From the human T2T-CHM13v2.0 reference genome, Homo sapiens, in the NCBI RefSeq assembly GCF_009914755.1, contig NC_060931.1: DNA of 64,000 nt, one strand, 5' to 3'. The notes beneath the pieces were generated by a model. That model worked only from the letters and a program-made list of their open reading frames with translations, ran no database searches and was not told where the DNA came from. The translations under genes and the position numbers were made by a program. Positions 1 through 16,757 of this stretch are shown one piece after another. The stretch's first letter is position 1. Each line of letters starts with the position of its first letter.

Positions 1-600
1 CCTCTCTATCTCTTTACTTTCTTCCTTTTTTAAAAAAATATAATAAAAGACAAGTTATTTTAAAAAGACATAAAATGCCATCCGTGGGGGGTGTGGCCGG
101 CGTGGCCACCTCGGGGCCCCTCACGTGATCTCCTCGGTCCGTGGTTTTCTGTGGATTCTCTGTCCAGTCCGTCTCTTCATTGCCGCCTCCGGAGTCCACT
201 GCAGAGGGGCAGAGTGAATGCCGGCGGCCAAGTGGCCTCCGGGACAGGTCCTGGAGCCCTGCTGGACTCAGGGTGGGTGGAGGCTGTGCCTGTGGACGGC
301 CGGGGTGGCCAGGACGGCCAAGGGCTGGGAGGCACGTCCCCCAGCCCAGCCCCCATGTACACTGTAGTCGTTCTATTGTACAGAAAAAAATATTTCTATA
401 TTTGCAATGTTTGCTGTAAAATGAGAAAGAAAAAAAGACTATGTCTACTAAAAAAAAAAAAAAAAGACTATGTCTACTTAAAAAAAAATCTGCAAAGGAA
501 AAAAAATCAAATGCTTGTTTGTCCTGGGTTTTTACTGTGGGTTTCAGGGAAAGAGTTGAGGTTTCTTTTATGTCCCGTTTAGGGGGTGGTTTTACTGATT
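1..600. other. 3' UTR-like terminal region of an unidentified gene (strand uncertain)
   Basis: A/T tracts, AATAAA at 42-47, AT-rich 370-520 and T/GT-rich 515-605 inside GC-rich DNA; no coding signal. Confidence 0.35.
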
Positions 601-3600
601 TTGGCCTTGGGGTGGGGACACGCTGTGCTCTCTTGGCTAGAGCGTGGTGTGACCAGGGGGGTGCACGTGGGAACCCTTGGGAGGTGGGCGGCCCGCACTG
701 GGCTGGAGCGTGTCTGAGAGCCGGTGTGGACAGGGTAGGCGGGAGCCAAGCTCAGGTGGCGGCGGGAGGATGGGCGGGAGCAGGGTCTTGGTGTGGTGGA
801 TCCACGGTGCGGGGCTGCTTCTGTGTGTGTCTGGCTGTGCGTGCCAGCGGGGTGTGTGCAGAACCCAGCAGCCGAGGGGGTGTGAGTGGGCCTGGGACGC
901 CCAGAGGCTCTTGAGTGAGGTTCCGGGTGAGCCGATGGTGTGGGTTTGCATGTGATTGAGCGTGAGCGTGAGGTGGTTGGAGGGTGTGTCTGTGTGAGGG
1001 CGGGTTCCCCTGCTGTCGCCAGAGCCCCACCTACAGGAAGTGCCCAGAGACCCCTAATTCTTCGGGGGTCTCTCAGGACGCTGAGCCCGGAGCCAGACCC
1101 TGCACTGCAGCCCCCTCCATATGCATCTCACCCACCACCCCTCCAGGCAGCACGCCCTGGTGTGGGCCCCCGTTCTGAGTGAATAAGAGGCTGGAGTCCA
1201 TGTGGGACCAGCACCAGGTTGTTTAGCATCCCCAGGGGAGGATGGAGAGAGTCCCTGGCTTCCTGCTGCCCAGAGCACAAGGTGCCCCTCATCCCACCTA
1301 CAGGAGCCAGAGGGAGACGCTGAGGACGAGACTGGACTCCCAGGCCCTCGAATCCACCTGCCAGCTGAGTGGGGGTTTTGTACCCACCCCAGGGAAACAG
1401 CCCCCAGCCCTGCATCCCACGCAGAGCTGCCTTTCTGCTCAGGGGGAGGGCCCTGTGAGGAAGGGGAACACCTCACCCTGGGCCCGGACACCTGCCTGAT
1501 GCCGGGACTGCTGAGTCAAAGCTCCCTGTCACCCCTCTCTTCCTGTCTGGATGGCCCCTCCCCTGTCCTTCCTAAAGTCCCGGCTGCTGAGCCCCCACCC
1601 CACCCCTCCATTGATGGCAGACCCACCCCCACTCTGAACTCTGGCACAGACCCAGGGAGGGAGGAGGCTGCGGCTGGAGCCGGGTCCCAGAGGCAACAGG
1701 AACCCGGGAGACTCCAGGGCAGGAACCGGAGGGATGAAGCCGGTTTTCAGGCTCTGACGGGTCCCCCAAGAAAGGACCCAGTCTCAGTCTGACCCAGTGG
1801 GGGACAAGGAGGGAGGGAGGAAGGGCCAGTGCAGGTAGGAGCAGGGGCAGCCTCTGCTTGCACGCCCTGGGTGACGGGAAGCTCACCCCTCTCTTCTGTA
1901 GCTGTCTCCAGCTTTCGGGACCTCCCTTACAGCAGAAGCCCAGGGGGCTGTCCCCCAGGGGCCACAGAACTGAGGGCCCATCTGTCCCCTCCAGGTTAGC
2001 CAGCCCGATCCTGCCACCTGCACCCCGGTCACCCCACCAGGGACCTGAGAGTGTGAGGCCTGCTCCGGGGGTGCACGCCCGGGTGGGCTCCACGGGCACC
2101 CTGTGACTCAGCCCTCCAAAGGGGGCCATTTCTGAGGACGCTGCATCACCAGCTCTTCGCCGTTTGACCCAAGGTTTCTGGCCAGCCCGGGACTCTCAGC
2201 CCTGGGCAGCTCCCTGTCCTCCATGAGGGGTCCCGGGAGGGCATGAGAGACCGCTGGAGACCACAACGCCAGGCCCAGGGGAGAGGAGCGGGGACCAGGA
2301 GCGGGTTCCAGGGCTGACGGGTGGAGGCCCAGAGAGGGCCCCAACCTGCCCAAGGTCACATAGCAACTCGATGACAGTCTGGTCATGGGACAGAGAGGTG
2401 GCCAGGCCTTCTCAGCCCGCTGCTCCCTTTCACTGAGGAGCGAAGATGGGCTATTTATAGGAAATGCGGGAGAAGGGCAGACACAGAAGAGAGGCGCCTG
2501 CCTTGGGAACACCGGGCAGCTGGCCAGGAGTCAACGGCCCACAGAGGAACAAGGGAAAATGGCAGGCAGCGAGGTGCGGGGTCCTCAACAGCCAGGACAC
2601 CCCGCCCGGGAGCTCAGCCCTCCTGGAAGCCGCGGGGCTTGGCCCCGAGTGTCTGCAAACGCCCAGCCAGTCCTGGGAAAAAGAGGCCCGAGTTCCCGTG
2701 CCCTTGCTTGAAGGTGTCATGGTGGGGGTGACAGGACATAAGCAGGAGGAGACACACACTTAGGAAGCGGCTACTGTGTGCAGGGCTCTGTGCCAAGCTC
2801 TGTGTGGGCGCAGGGAGGAGCCCAGCCCGGCCCCGGCCCCCCGGGGAGCTCACAGGCTGGCAGAGAACTCAGTGCAGAGGTGGGTGACCCGGCTCAGGGC
2901 AGCAGGGGAGGCGCTGGAGGTCTGGGAAGGATGGGAACTCCTGACTGGGAAGAGCCGGGAAGGCTTCCTGGAAGGGGTGGTATTTGGTTTGGGCGAGGAA
3001 GGAGGTGGAGGTTGCCAAGGTGAGAGGGGTTGGTGCCCTGTGGGCTCAGAGCTGGGCTCAGGAGCAGGAGAAAAACCTGCCAGACCCAGCCTTGCCCTGC
3101 AGCTGGGATGGGTGCCCAGCTTCCGAGGGGCAGCCCTGGAGGGCAGGTCTTGCTCGTTTGTGAGACCAGGGCTAAGCCACAGCGAGGCCTCAGGCCCAGG
3201 CCGTACCCCTACGACCGTGTGACCATAGCAAGCCACTGGCCCTCTCTGCCTCAGTCTCCTCGTTTGTCCAGTGGGGGGGATGCCGATGCCTGTCCCTCCT
3301 GCAGTGCACTGGTTATCCATTGCCGTGATCATGCTGCCTAACCCACAACCACAGTGCGGTATGGCCCCTCGGGGGGCGGCTGGCAAGAGGGCACACTCTC
3401 ATGTCACGGGGCACAGGGAGGACCGGGTTCTTCCCCACAGTCTCCCATCCTCCATCGAGCCAGCACGGGCTGGTTCTTGCGGCGACAGCCGAGGGAGCAA
3501 ACCCCAGGGTCACATCTGCTGGCATCCCACAGGCCAGGGTGAGCCGCGGGGCTGAGCTCAGAGGAAAAGGGTGGACAGGGCGCCCCAGCCCAGGGGCCTG

Positions 3601-4360
3601 TGGCCAAGGCTGCAGACACAGAGGGCAAAGACAGGGGGGGCCTCTGTGCACCGAGGCCTAAGGCATGGCTGAGTCCAGGTGTCCCCTCCCGGGGCAGAGG
3701 GCAGAGCAAGAAGAGCAGGAAATCCAAGGCCCCAGGTCTCTGCCACCCACGCATTCACTCAGCACCCAAACGCAAAGAGCCTACTGTGTACCAGACACGC
3801 TGCCTGCCACTCCCCACCGAGAACACCTCAGCTGCGGTGGCCTACCCTGTACCAGACACGCTCCCCACCAAGAATGTGTCAGCCACGGTCCCGACAGGAA
3901 AGAGCAGACACCCCAAAGTAGAATCCTTCAAGGGGTTACCTACAAAGGGGCCATTTCCAGAGACACCAAGCTGACGGCACACCTTGGCCCCCTGGGAGAG
4001 GGGGAGGAGGAGAGCCCCCGAACCCGGAGGGAGAGAGAGAGGTGCAGAGAGGCCCACGGGGCCCTGGAGAGGGACCTCAGGGGAAGTTCCCAGTGGGCCT
4101 CAGCAGCCTCGCAGGAGGACTGGGGACACATGCCCACCCCCGCTTGTCCCCCGATCTCCCTCCCATCTCCTGCTGGGCTCCCTGCTGGCTGCATGGCCAG
4201 GACATCAGGGAGCCCGTGATGGGGCCCGCAGGGCTCAGTCCACAGACAGCAGGGGTGAGAAGGTTCAGAGACAACCCGGACTGGGTGATGGGGGAGGCTG
4301 GCCTGGGGGCAGCCACAGAGGAGGGGGCCGTCATCTCCACTGGGGACAGGGAGGCTTTTA

Positions 4361-4741
<381 letters not shown>

Positions 4742-4949
4742 TCAGGAGCTGGCTTGGCAGAGACAAGGCGGCAGGGACGGGGAGCGGACTTCCACCCAGA
4801 AAGGATGGCGGGGGCCAAGGTGCAGAGAGCACAGACCCCGACCCCACCCAGAGGGGCCACCATGGGGCAGTGAGGGGGCCCGGCCTGCTGAGACCAGGGA
4901 TGGGGCGGAGCCAGGCTCAGAGGCCTGCTTTGCAAGTGTGAAGAAATGA

Positions 4950-5307
<358 letters not shown>

Positions 5308-5919
5308 TAAAGAATAATAACTTTTATTGATTTTTGTTTTATCTCAAAAGTAATCCTTTTGCTACATAAACTTCAGAAAACAGTTAAAGAAGGAAACAGA
5401 AATCATTTACTCTCCCCACCCTGAGCTAACCATGGGAATATATTGGTATCTGCCTTTCTAGCCCTTTCTCTCTAGAAATGCAGCAGGCTTGAAATCTCTA
5501 CCCCGCAGGTGGATATGCAAAGAGGTATCTCTTTATTTTCTGTAACAACAGGTGTTTGTAGCCTCTGTTTCCCCCAGATGGGGTGTAGGGCGTGGTGCAT
5601 GAAGATGGGGAAATAACGTGTGTTTTAGGATCCAGTGGAGAAGAAAACGTTGATGGCGAACGGAAGAGGGAAAGAATTGCTGGAGCAATGTTTGAGTAAG
5701 ACGGGACGAGACACTGTGCTCCATGGAAGGGCCGGGCTTGGCCAGACAGGTCTTGGACTTGGCCGTTGCTCCTCCTTAGCGGGAGAGAAGGTGGGGATGT
5801 GGGCTCTGGCGTGGGAGCTGGGGGCACACGCGGGGCGTAGGGACAGTCTCTTTGGGTGACTGCGATTTTCTCAGCATCTCTTCTCACCCCATTGCATTGC
5901 CCTTTTGTTCTACTTTCTA

Positions 5920-8010
<2,091 letters not shown>

Positions 8011-8359
8011 ATGTTCGAAAGCGCCGGGATGGTGGGCGTGAGCCAATACGCCCAGCCAATCCCTCTGCTTTTAATAAGTGCCGTCACCTTCAGCTGTGCC
8101 CAGTGTCCTTAAGTCCAAAGTGTTCGTGATTCTTCCTTTCCTGGGACTAAATTTCTAAACAAGGACAGCCACCCATTGTGATTGGTGTTGCCTTTTAAAC
8201 TAATATAATCAGTGAATCTTCTGGACTTTAGCCCTAAGATTTGGACCATCTATAATCAGCTATGTTCTCTCCCACGCATCGAGTATGGTACTATCTATCA
8301 ACCATCCTTGGCAGGCTTGAGAAAACAGTCACTCAAATCATTTTTCTGAAGGACTTAAT

Positions 8360-8657
8360 TCCTCCCTGGAACTTCAGCTGGGGAAGGCTGTCATGCAGCC
8401 TGTCCTGCTGCAAGACGGTGAGGCTTTTGTGCCCTGCTGTGAGGTGGTCACTGACAACAAGCTGCCCCAGGGTGAGGGAGCAGGATCCCTGGGCACCTGC
8501 GAGAGGGGTGGTGCAAACCGCCCGAGGAAAACCCTCCAGAGGGGAAGCAGGTGTGAACCTCAGCAGAGACGCCAGGCAGCAGCTGGAGCATGGGTACCCC
8601 AGAGGGGTTGGGGGAATCCCACAGCATGTAGGTAGGTCACCAACAGCATCTGCTGCC
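8360..8657 (-). mobile_element. ERVL LTR fragment (LTR33/LTR16-like)
   Basis: CAGCAGCTGGAGCATGGGTAC...CACCAACAGCATCTGCTG resembles the remembered reverse LTR33 5' end. Confidence 0.5.
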
Positions 8658-8788
8658 GACTCACTTTGCACTATTGAAATGCATTTGATTCTCGCATTAG
8701 ATGGCTTCTATCCGACACAGCTTGCCTGCATTTTAGTTGGTTCACCTGCTGAGACATTTGGAGAGGGGTAGAGGGGTGAACACAAGTA

Positions 8789-9034
8789 CCCACAGGTGTA
8801 GTATGCCCAGGCCCAAGACTGAAACCTAACTGTAACTGTAACCATACCATAACCCTAACCATAAGCCTAACTCTAACACCAAACTAACCCTAACCCTAAC
8901 CCACAGGTGCAGTACGCCCAGGCTGACCACTGAAACCTAACCATGACCCAAACCTAACCATAAGCCTAAACCTAACCCTAACTTAACCCTAACCCAGCCC
9001 TAACCCAACCCTAACCCTAACCCCAACCATAAGC
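8789..9034. repeat. Degenerate interstitial telomere-like (CCCTAA)n in two ~111-bp blocks
   Basis: CCCTAA/CCTAAC units; shared leader CCCACAGGTGYAGTAYGCCCAGG at 8789 and 8900. Confidence 0.85.
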
Positions 9035-9102
9035 GCTCATCACAGGCAGCCTTGCTTTCTCATGCTGATCACGGTCCATTACTCTTGCCAGCTGGTGACT
9101 GC

Positions 9103-9475
<373 letters not shown>

Positions 9476-9496
9476 TAAACAGGTAGCATCTACCAC

Positions 9497-9976
9497 GTAA
9501 TCAAACCCAGGTTCACCTGCTTGCTGTTATTATAGGAGGCAAAACTTGGGAGACGGGTGCTGGTGGGAGGAAAAGCAGGCGTATTCGGAGGGCCAGCCGA
9601 CCGGAAGGACGGTGGACTAGCGCCCTAAACACCATCTTTAGTCAGCACAAGTTTCAGCCTTGGTTTATGTTACATGTGGGGGAGGGTGGTTGGGACCAAG
9701 AGGTGACTGATGACCACAGACATCTGGGAGCCAGGGAGGGTCCAAGGATGCTGGACACTTCTTAGTCCTTGACCAGGTCACAGTGCTCCTGTAAATCTTT
9801 AACAAAACCTAGTTATCTGTTTATACAGCTCCCTTTAATCCCAGAGTTAGTTTTAAAAGTCACATGATTGCTGTTTTTGCATTTTTGCCTCAGTGCTCTA
9901 AAACTATCCTAGCCTAGGTGCAGAAGGAAAAGTCCCCTTAGAAAACATGGAGTCAGTTGGCTGTTTCGCTGTTGCA
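9497..9976 (-). mobile_element. ERV1-class solo LTR (MER4-group-like, subfamily uncertain)
   Basis: Motifs CCTGTAAATCTTTAACAAAA, AACATGGAGTCAGTT and terminal TTGCA resemble reverse ERV1 LTRs. Confidence 0.5.
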
Positions 9977-10015
9977 ATCGTTTTAAATGTAGTGGGACGT
10001 TTAAAATAGAGACAC

Positions 10016-10195
10016 AGAGACGGTGTTTTGTTATGTTGCCCAGGCTGGTCTTGAACTCCTGGACTCAAGTGATCCGCCCGCCTTGATATCCCAAAGTACT
10101 GGGATTACAGGTGTGAGCTGCCTCGCCCAGCCAGTATGTGAAATAATAATAACTTTTATTGATTTTTTTCTTATCTCAAAAGTAATCCTTTTGCT
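10016..10195 (+). repeat. 180-bp direct copy of 5184-5363 (Alu arm plus unique flank)
   Basis: Both copies end in AATAATAACTTTTATTGATTTTT...ATCTCAAAAGTAATCCTTTTGCT. Confidence 0.9.
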
Positions 10196-12800
10196 TGTGT
10201 CCCCTGGTGGAAGTCTCTTGCCTCTGGGAGCCAGGATCCTGGGAGCCGCGGAGCCTAAAGTTGTGGGATGGAAAGCAGACATTCCCCAGGTGGGTCACCA
10301 GTGGTGACGGACCGTGGGGTCACCCCCGCCTCCTCCCGTCTGGCTCTCGGGAACCTGTCTTCTATTCATTGGGGAAACAGCCCTGTATAAATAGCACCAC
10401 CGTGTCAACGTGTAAGCCACATGCCGAAGGACGTGTCCCTGTCTTCACAGCGTCATCTCCAAGCAGGTCCCCTTGCTGTCATTACAATTCCACCCACCAC
10501 TCTATCCAGCTGGCAGTTTTGGGGTGCTGTACTGTGTGGTGGGATCAGAGAATCCCGGGGTCCTGTGCTTACCGACTCACCTTCTCCTCCATAAAGCGGG
10601 TCCCTTAAGCCAGAGTGAGGTTAGGTGGGTCCTCGTGCCAGCGCATGAGACACTCCATGGGCCTTGGGGTTGGTCCTGGCTGAATCCCAGGTAGCACGAG
10701 TCCAGGCCGGAAGGAGTCCAGTGAAATCCACTTGCCACCACCACCAAGAGACGGCCTCATAGCGAGGTTCAGACATTTGGCAGTGGCAGAAGCTAGATGA
10801 ACCCTGGTGAGGGGAAGTTCTTGCTATTGGGCCCTGCAGAACCTCCCTCCCTGCTACCATGGCTGTGCCAAATAAGAGCCACCGCACCAGCACTGAGTGG
10901 TCAAGGGCGATGCTGGGGTGGCCAAGGGTGGAGACTGGGATGGCCGAGGATGGAGGCTGCTGGCTGAGGATAGAAACTGGGGTGGCCAAGGATGGAGGCT
11001 GGCTGGCTGAGGATGGAGGCTGGGCTGAGGGTGGAGGCTGGCTGGCTGAGGATGGAGGCTGGGCTGAGGGTGGAGGCTGGCTGGCTGAGGGTGGAGGCTA
11101 GCTGGCTGAGGGTGGAGACTAGCTGGCTGAGGGTGGAGGCTGGGGTGGCTGAGGGTGGAGGCTGGCTGGCTGAGGATGGAGGCTGGCTGGCTGAGGGTGG
11201 AGGCTGGGCTGAGGGTGGAGGCTGGCTGGCTGAGGGTGGAGGCTGGGGTGGCTGAGGGTGGAGGCTGGCTGGCTGAGGGTGGAGGCTGGGCTGAGGGTGG
11301 AGGCTGGCTGGCTGAGGGTGGAGGCTGGGCTGAGGGTGGAGGCTGGCTGGCTGAGGGTGGAGGCTAGCTGGCTGAGGGTGGAGGCTGGGGTGGCTGAGGG
11401 TGGAGGCTGGCTGGCTGAGGATGGAGGCTGGCTGGCTGAGGGTGGAGGCTGGGCTGAGGGTGGAGGCTGGCTGGCTGAGGGTGGAGGCTAGCTGGCTGAG
11501 GGTGGAGACTAGCTGGCTGAGGGTGGAGGCTGGGGTGGCTGAGGGTGGAGGCGGGCTGGCTGAGGATGGAGGCTGGCTGGCTGAGGGTGGAGGCTGGGCT
11601 GAGGGTGGAGGCTGGCTGGCTGAGGGTGGAGGCTGGGGTGGCTGAGGGTGGAGGCTGGCTGGCTGAGGGTGGAGGCTGGCTGGCTGAGGGTGGAGGCTGG
11701 GGTGGCTGAGGGTGGAGACTGGCTGGCTGAGGGTGGAGGCTGGCTGGTGTCCCGGCATGAGCCATCCTTTCCACCTGGTTTCTCAGAGCCTCGTCTGCCG
11801 TGGGCTCCCTCTGGTGGGTGCCACAGTGAGCTGCAAAGATTCTCGTACTTTGCGCCCACTCCTGCAGGTCCCCCATGTCTCTTCCAAAATTATTTGTCCC
11901 CAGTATTCCAATCTTGCTCCTTCCGCCTCCCCAGCCCAGCAGCCACGCCATTTGCCGCTGCTCATGAGTCCGTGTGGATCCCTACCCTGCGTCCCTTCTC
12001 TCTGCACAGGGGAGCGTGGCCTGGTGGGCTGCGTGCTCTCAGCTCCCACAAGCCCAGCCTTCTGTCTCTCATCAGCCCATCTTTGAACCCACAGGCGTGA
12101 GCTGATACAGAGCCATGGGAGAAACAATCAGGAGACGCTGGCGTCCGGGCCATCCTTCTGTGTAGCTGGCCAAGCCCAGTCCTGCTGATGGGCCAGTGTG
12201 TGCCCGTGGCTTGTTGGGTTTCTCAGCCCCTGGCTCAGGGCCGGCAGCCTGCAGGCGGCACGGTCACTGGACACCCCGTGGTTAGTTGCCCGGCCAGGAC
12301 CAGGCCCCCCAGCACGCCAGGAGCTGCTGTTTTGGAATTGGATGTGGTTCCCCGCTGCGGCGTGGCCCTGCTCGGGGACTCCGGTCTTGCCCTGTGCTAC
12401 GGAACTGCACTGTGCCTGGCCTGACATCCTACCCAGCACACTCACCCACCGCGGGTGCCTGGAGCGCCACGGGATCTGCCGGCCAAACGGCCCAAGTGGC
12501 AGGATTCCTTGGACCTGAGCCTCGAGCTGTGGCAGAGTCCTTGCATCAAGGCGCCACTTGAACCTGGCATTTTCCATGCCTGTTGATGAGTGTGGCAGAG
12601 CCGTTTTACCTAACGCAGAATAATCTGCTCCTGCATCTAACACAGCCTACGGAGCCCGGTGCTCCTGTCTTCGTGGTAGAAGGTACTAGGCACCGTCGCT
12701 TGTCTTTTACCTTTCAGGAAACATCCCAGCCTGCCAAAGACTGTTACCAGGGGCCCCCTGGCCACCTGCCGAGTGGGTGGGGGCAGTATCAAGAGGTCAT
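10196..12800 (-). pseudogene. ERV-L (class III ERV) pol relic: RT connection, RNase H, integrase, dUTPase start; many stops and frameshifts
   Basis: Minus-strand peptides KVKDKRRCLVPSTTK, FKW...QLEAQVQGILPLGPF, RIFAAHCGTHQREPTADEALRNQVERM, PRY..WWQVDFTGLLPAW, HPKTASWIEWW, PTTLGSAAPRILAPRGKRLPPGDT match remembered HERV-L Pol motifs in the correct order. Confidence 0.85.
10912..11747. repeat. G-rich minisatellite, 17-22-bp units with core GGCTGAGGGTGGAGGCT, about 40 copies
   Basis: Seen directly; a variant pair recurs 390 bp apart (11099 and 11489). Confidence 0.97.
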
Positions 12801-12833
12801 CCTTCAGGTCTGCAGGGCCACGTCTGGTACTAA

Positions 12834-13720
<887 letters not shown>

Positions 13721-13788
13721 ACCTGCAGCTATGGGACCTGGGGGGCCAGACAGGCAGACAGACCCCACCCACCAAAAAGTCACACCGA

Positions 13789-14163
<375 letters not shown>

Positions 14164-14466
14164 TTATTTAACAAAATTTATCCATCTCTTGTCTTTACAG
14201 ATTCTGTTTTGTTTCAGAATTTCATAATAGTCCCATTCACAACAGCCAAAAATAGAAACGACTGAAGCGTCCACCAACAGGGGAAGGACCGAATTACAAT
14301 ATGACCAGAGACTAAACGCCGGCAGCGGTGAAGACGGATGGATCGCTGGCATTCTGCACAGCACGGGTGAGCTGCACCACACCATGCCATGCCGCAGAGG
14401 CCTCACCTGGAAGATTTCCACAGGCCCTATTTTTAATCACTAAGAAACCCAGACTGCTCCTAATAG

Positions 14467-14799
<333 letters not shown>

Positions 14800-15340
14800 C
14801 CAATATCCTTTTATCTTAAACATTTACTACTCTGGGATTTATTTCAGTTTGGCATACAAAGTAGGGAGCTTTGGAATTTTCTTTCAAATGATTGACCAGG
14901 TGTTCGGCACGGTTATCGAGCAATCCATTGTACACCCACTGACGCGAGACGCCACTCCCACCTCTCACTAAATCCTCGTCTAGGTGCTGTCTGTTCCCGG
15001 CTCCTGCGTTCTCACTCATTGATCTATCTGTCTCTTCCTCCCCAGATTCAGGTTGCTTTAGCTGGTTTAGCTAGTGATGCATTTTAATGTCTGATAGGGT
15101 AAGCCCTCTTCATTATTCCTTTCTATTCCCACATTTTTCTCTGCTGTTCTCATGAGAGCATTCTTCAGATGAGCCTTAGAATCACGATCCCACATTGCAG
15201 AACGCTTGCTGGGCTTTTGTGTGGGATTGCTTTAAATTTATAGACTAACTTGGAGGGAAATTACATCTTTATAATATTGTCTTCAATGCAGCAACATCGT
15301 AACTTTCCTTTTATGCAAAGTGGGTTTTTATATGCCCCAG
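14800..15340 (-). mobile_element. Old L1 ORF2 fragment
   Basis: GGGATTGC...AATTTATAGACTAACTTGGAGGGAAATTACATCTTTATAATATTG is typical antisense L1M. Confidence 0.65.
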
Positions 15341-15377
15341 TGGAGAAGACATTTCTTTTTCTTTTTTCTTTTTTTTC

Positions 15378-15665
15378 TGTGTGTGCGTGCGTTTGCGTGC
15401 GTGCGTGTTTGTGTGTGCACGTGTGTGTGCATGTGTGTGCGTGTCTGCACGTGTGTGCGTGTGCATGTGTGCATGCGTGTGTGCGTGTGCATGTGTGCGA
15501 GTGTGCATACGTGTGTGCTGTGTGTGTGCACGCGCGTGTGTGCATGTGTGTGCCTGTGTGTGCATGTGTGCCTGTGTGTGCATGTGTGTGCATGTGTGCA
15601 TGTGTGCATATGTGTGTGCATGTGTGCATGTGTGTGCCTGTGTGTGTACGTGTGTGCGTGTGTGT
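15378..15665. repeat. Degenerate (TG)n/(TGCA)n purine-pyrimidine alternating repeat
   Basis: Seen directly. Confidence 0.95.
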
Positions 15666-15939
15666 TAGTATCTACCCAGCAACCACTACCCCGGCCTCAG
15701 AGCCTCTTTCCTTCGCACTCCCAGGGATGCCGTCCCCACCAAAGGGGTGAAGCCATGAACCAATCGGAGCCAATCAGAGAACTCCATCTCCCCAACCACA
15801 GCAATGGATCACAGCCCGGCCGTCGGTCCCTCCGTGAGATTGGGTATATGGGTGTTGGGAAATGAAAGCATTTTCTTTCTCTGGAATTACCATCTGTAAG
15901 GATGGGATGGGTCTGGGGAGAGTCTGCCTGCCTGAGAAA

Positions 15940-16560
<621 letters not shown>

Positions 16561-16757
16561 CCTCAACCTGGAAAGTGGTCCAGGAGTGAATGCTGCAGGC
16601 GACAGACCCTCACAGTGGCTGGCCTGAAGGGGACAGGTCCAGGGAGAGGTGGGGACCCTCACCCCCAGCTGGAAGGACAGTGGCCCTCGTCTGAGGGTAG
16701 CACGTTGGTTTAGGGGCCTTGCTGCTGGGATGCATCCCCTGCCTGCAGAGCCTGGAG

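Noticed and set aside
8100-8345. Unique-looking AT-richer segment and 169-aa ORF 8262-8771
   Set aside because: No recognisable homology; the ORF runs into LTR-like sequence; a Dfam/BLAST search is needed
10912-11747. PRDM9 hotspot motif in the VNTR
   Set aside because: The units I checked (CCTCCACCCTCAG, CCACCCTCAGCCA) do not satisfy CCNCCNTNNCCNC
10901-11758. 285-aa P/S/Q-rich ORF
   Set aside because: Translation of the minisatellite; the flanking ERV-L pol is frameshifted and stopped
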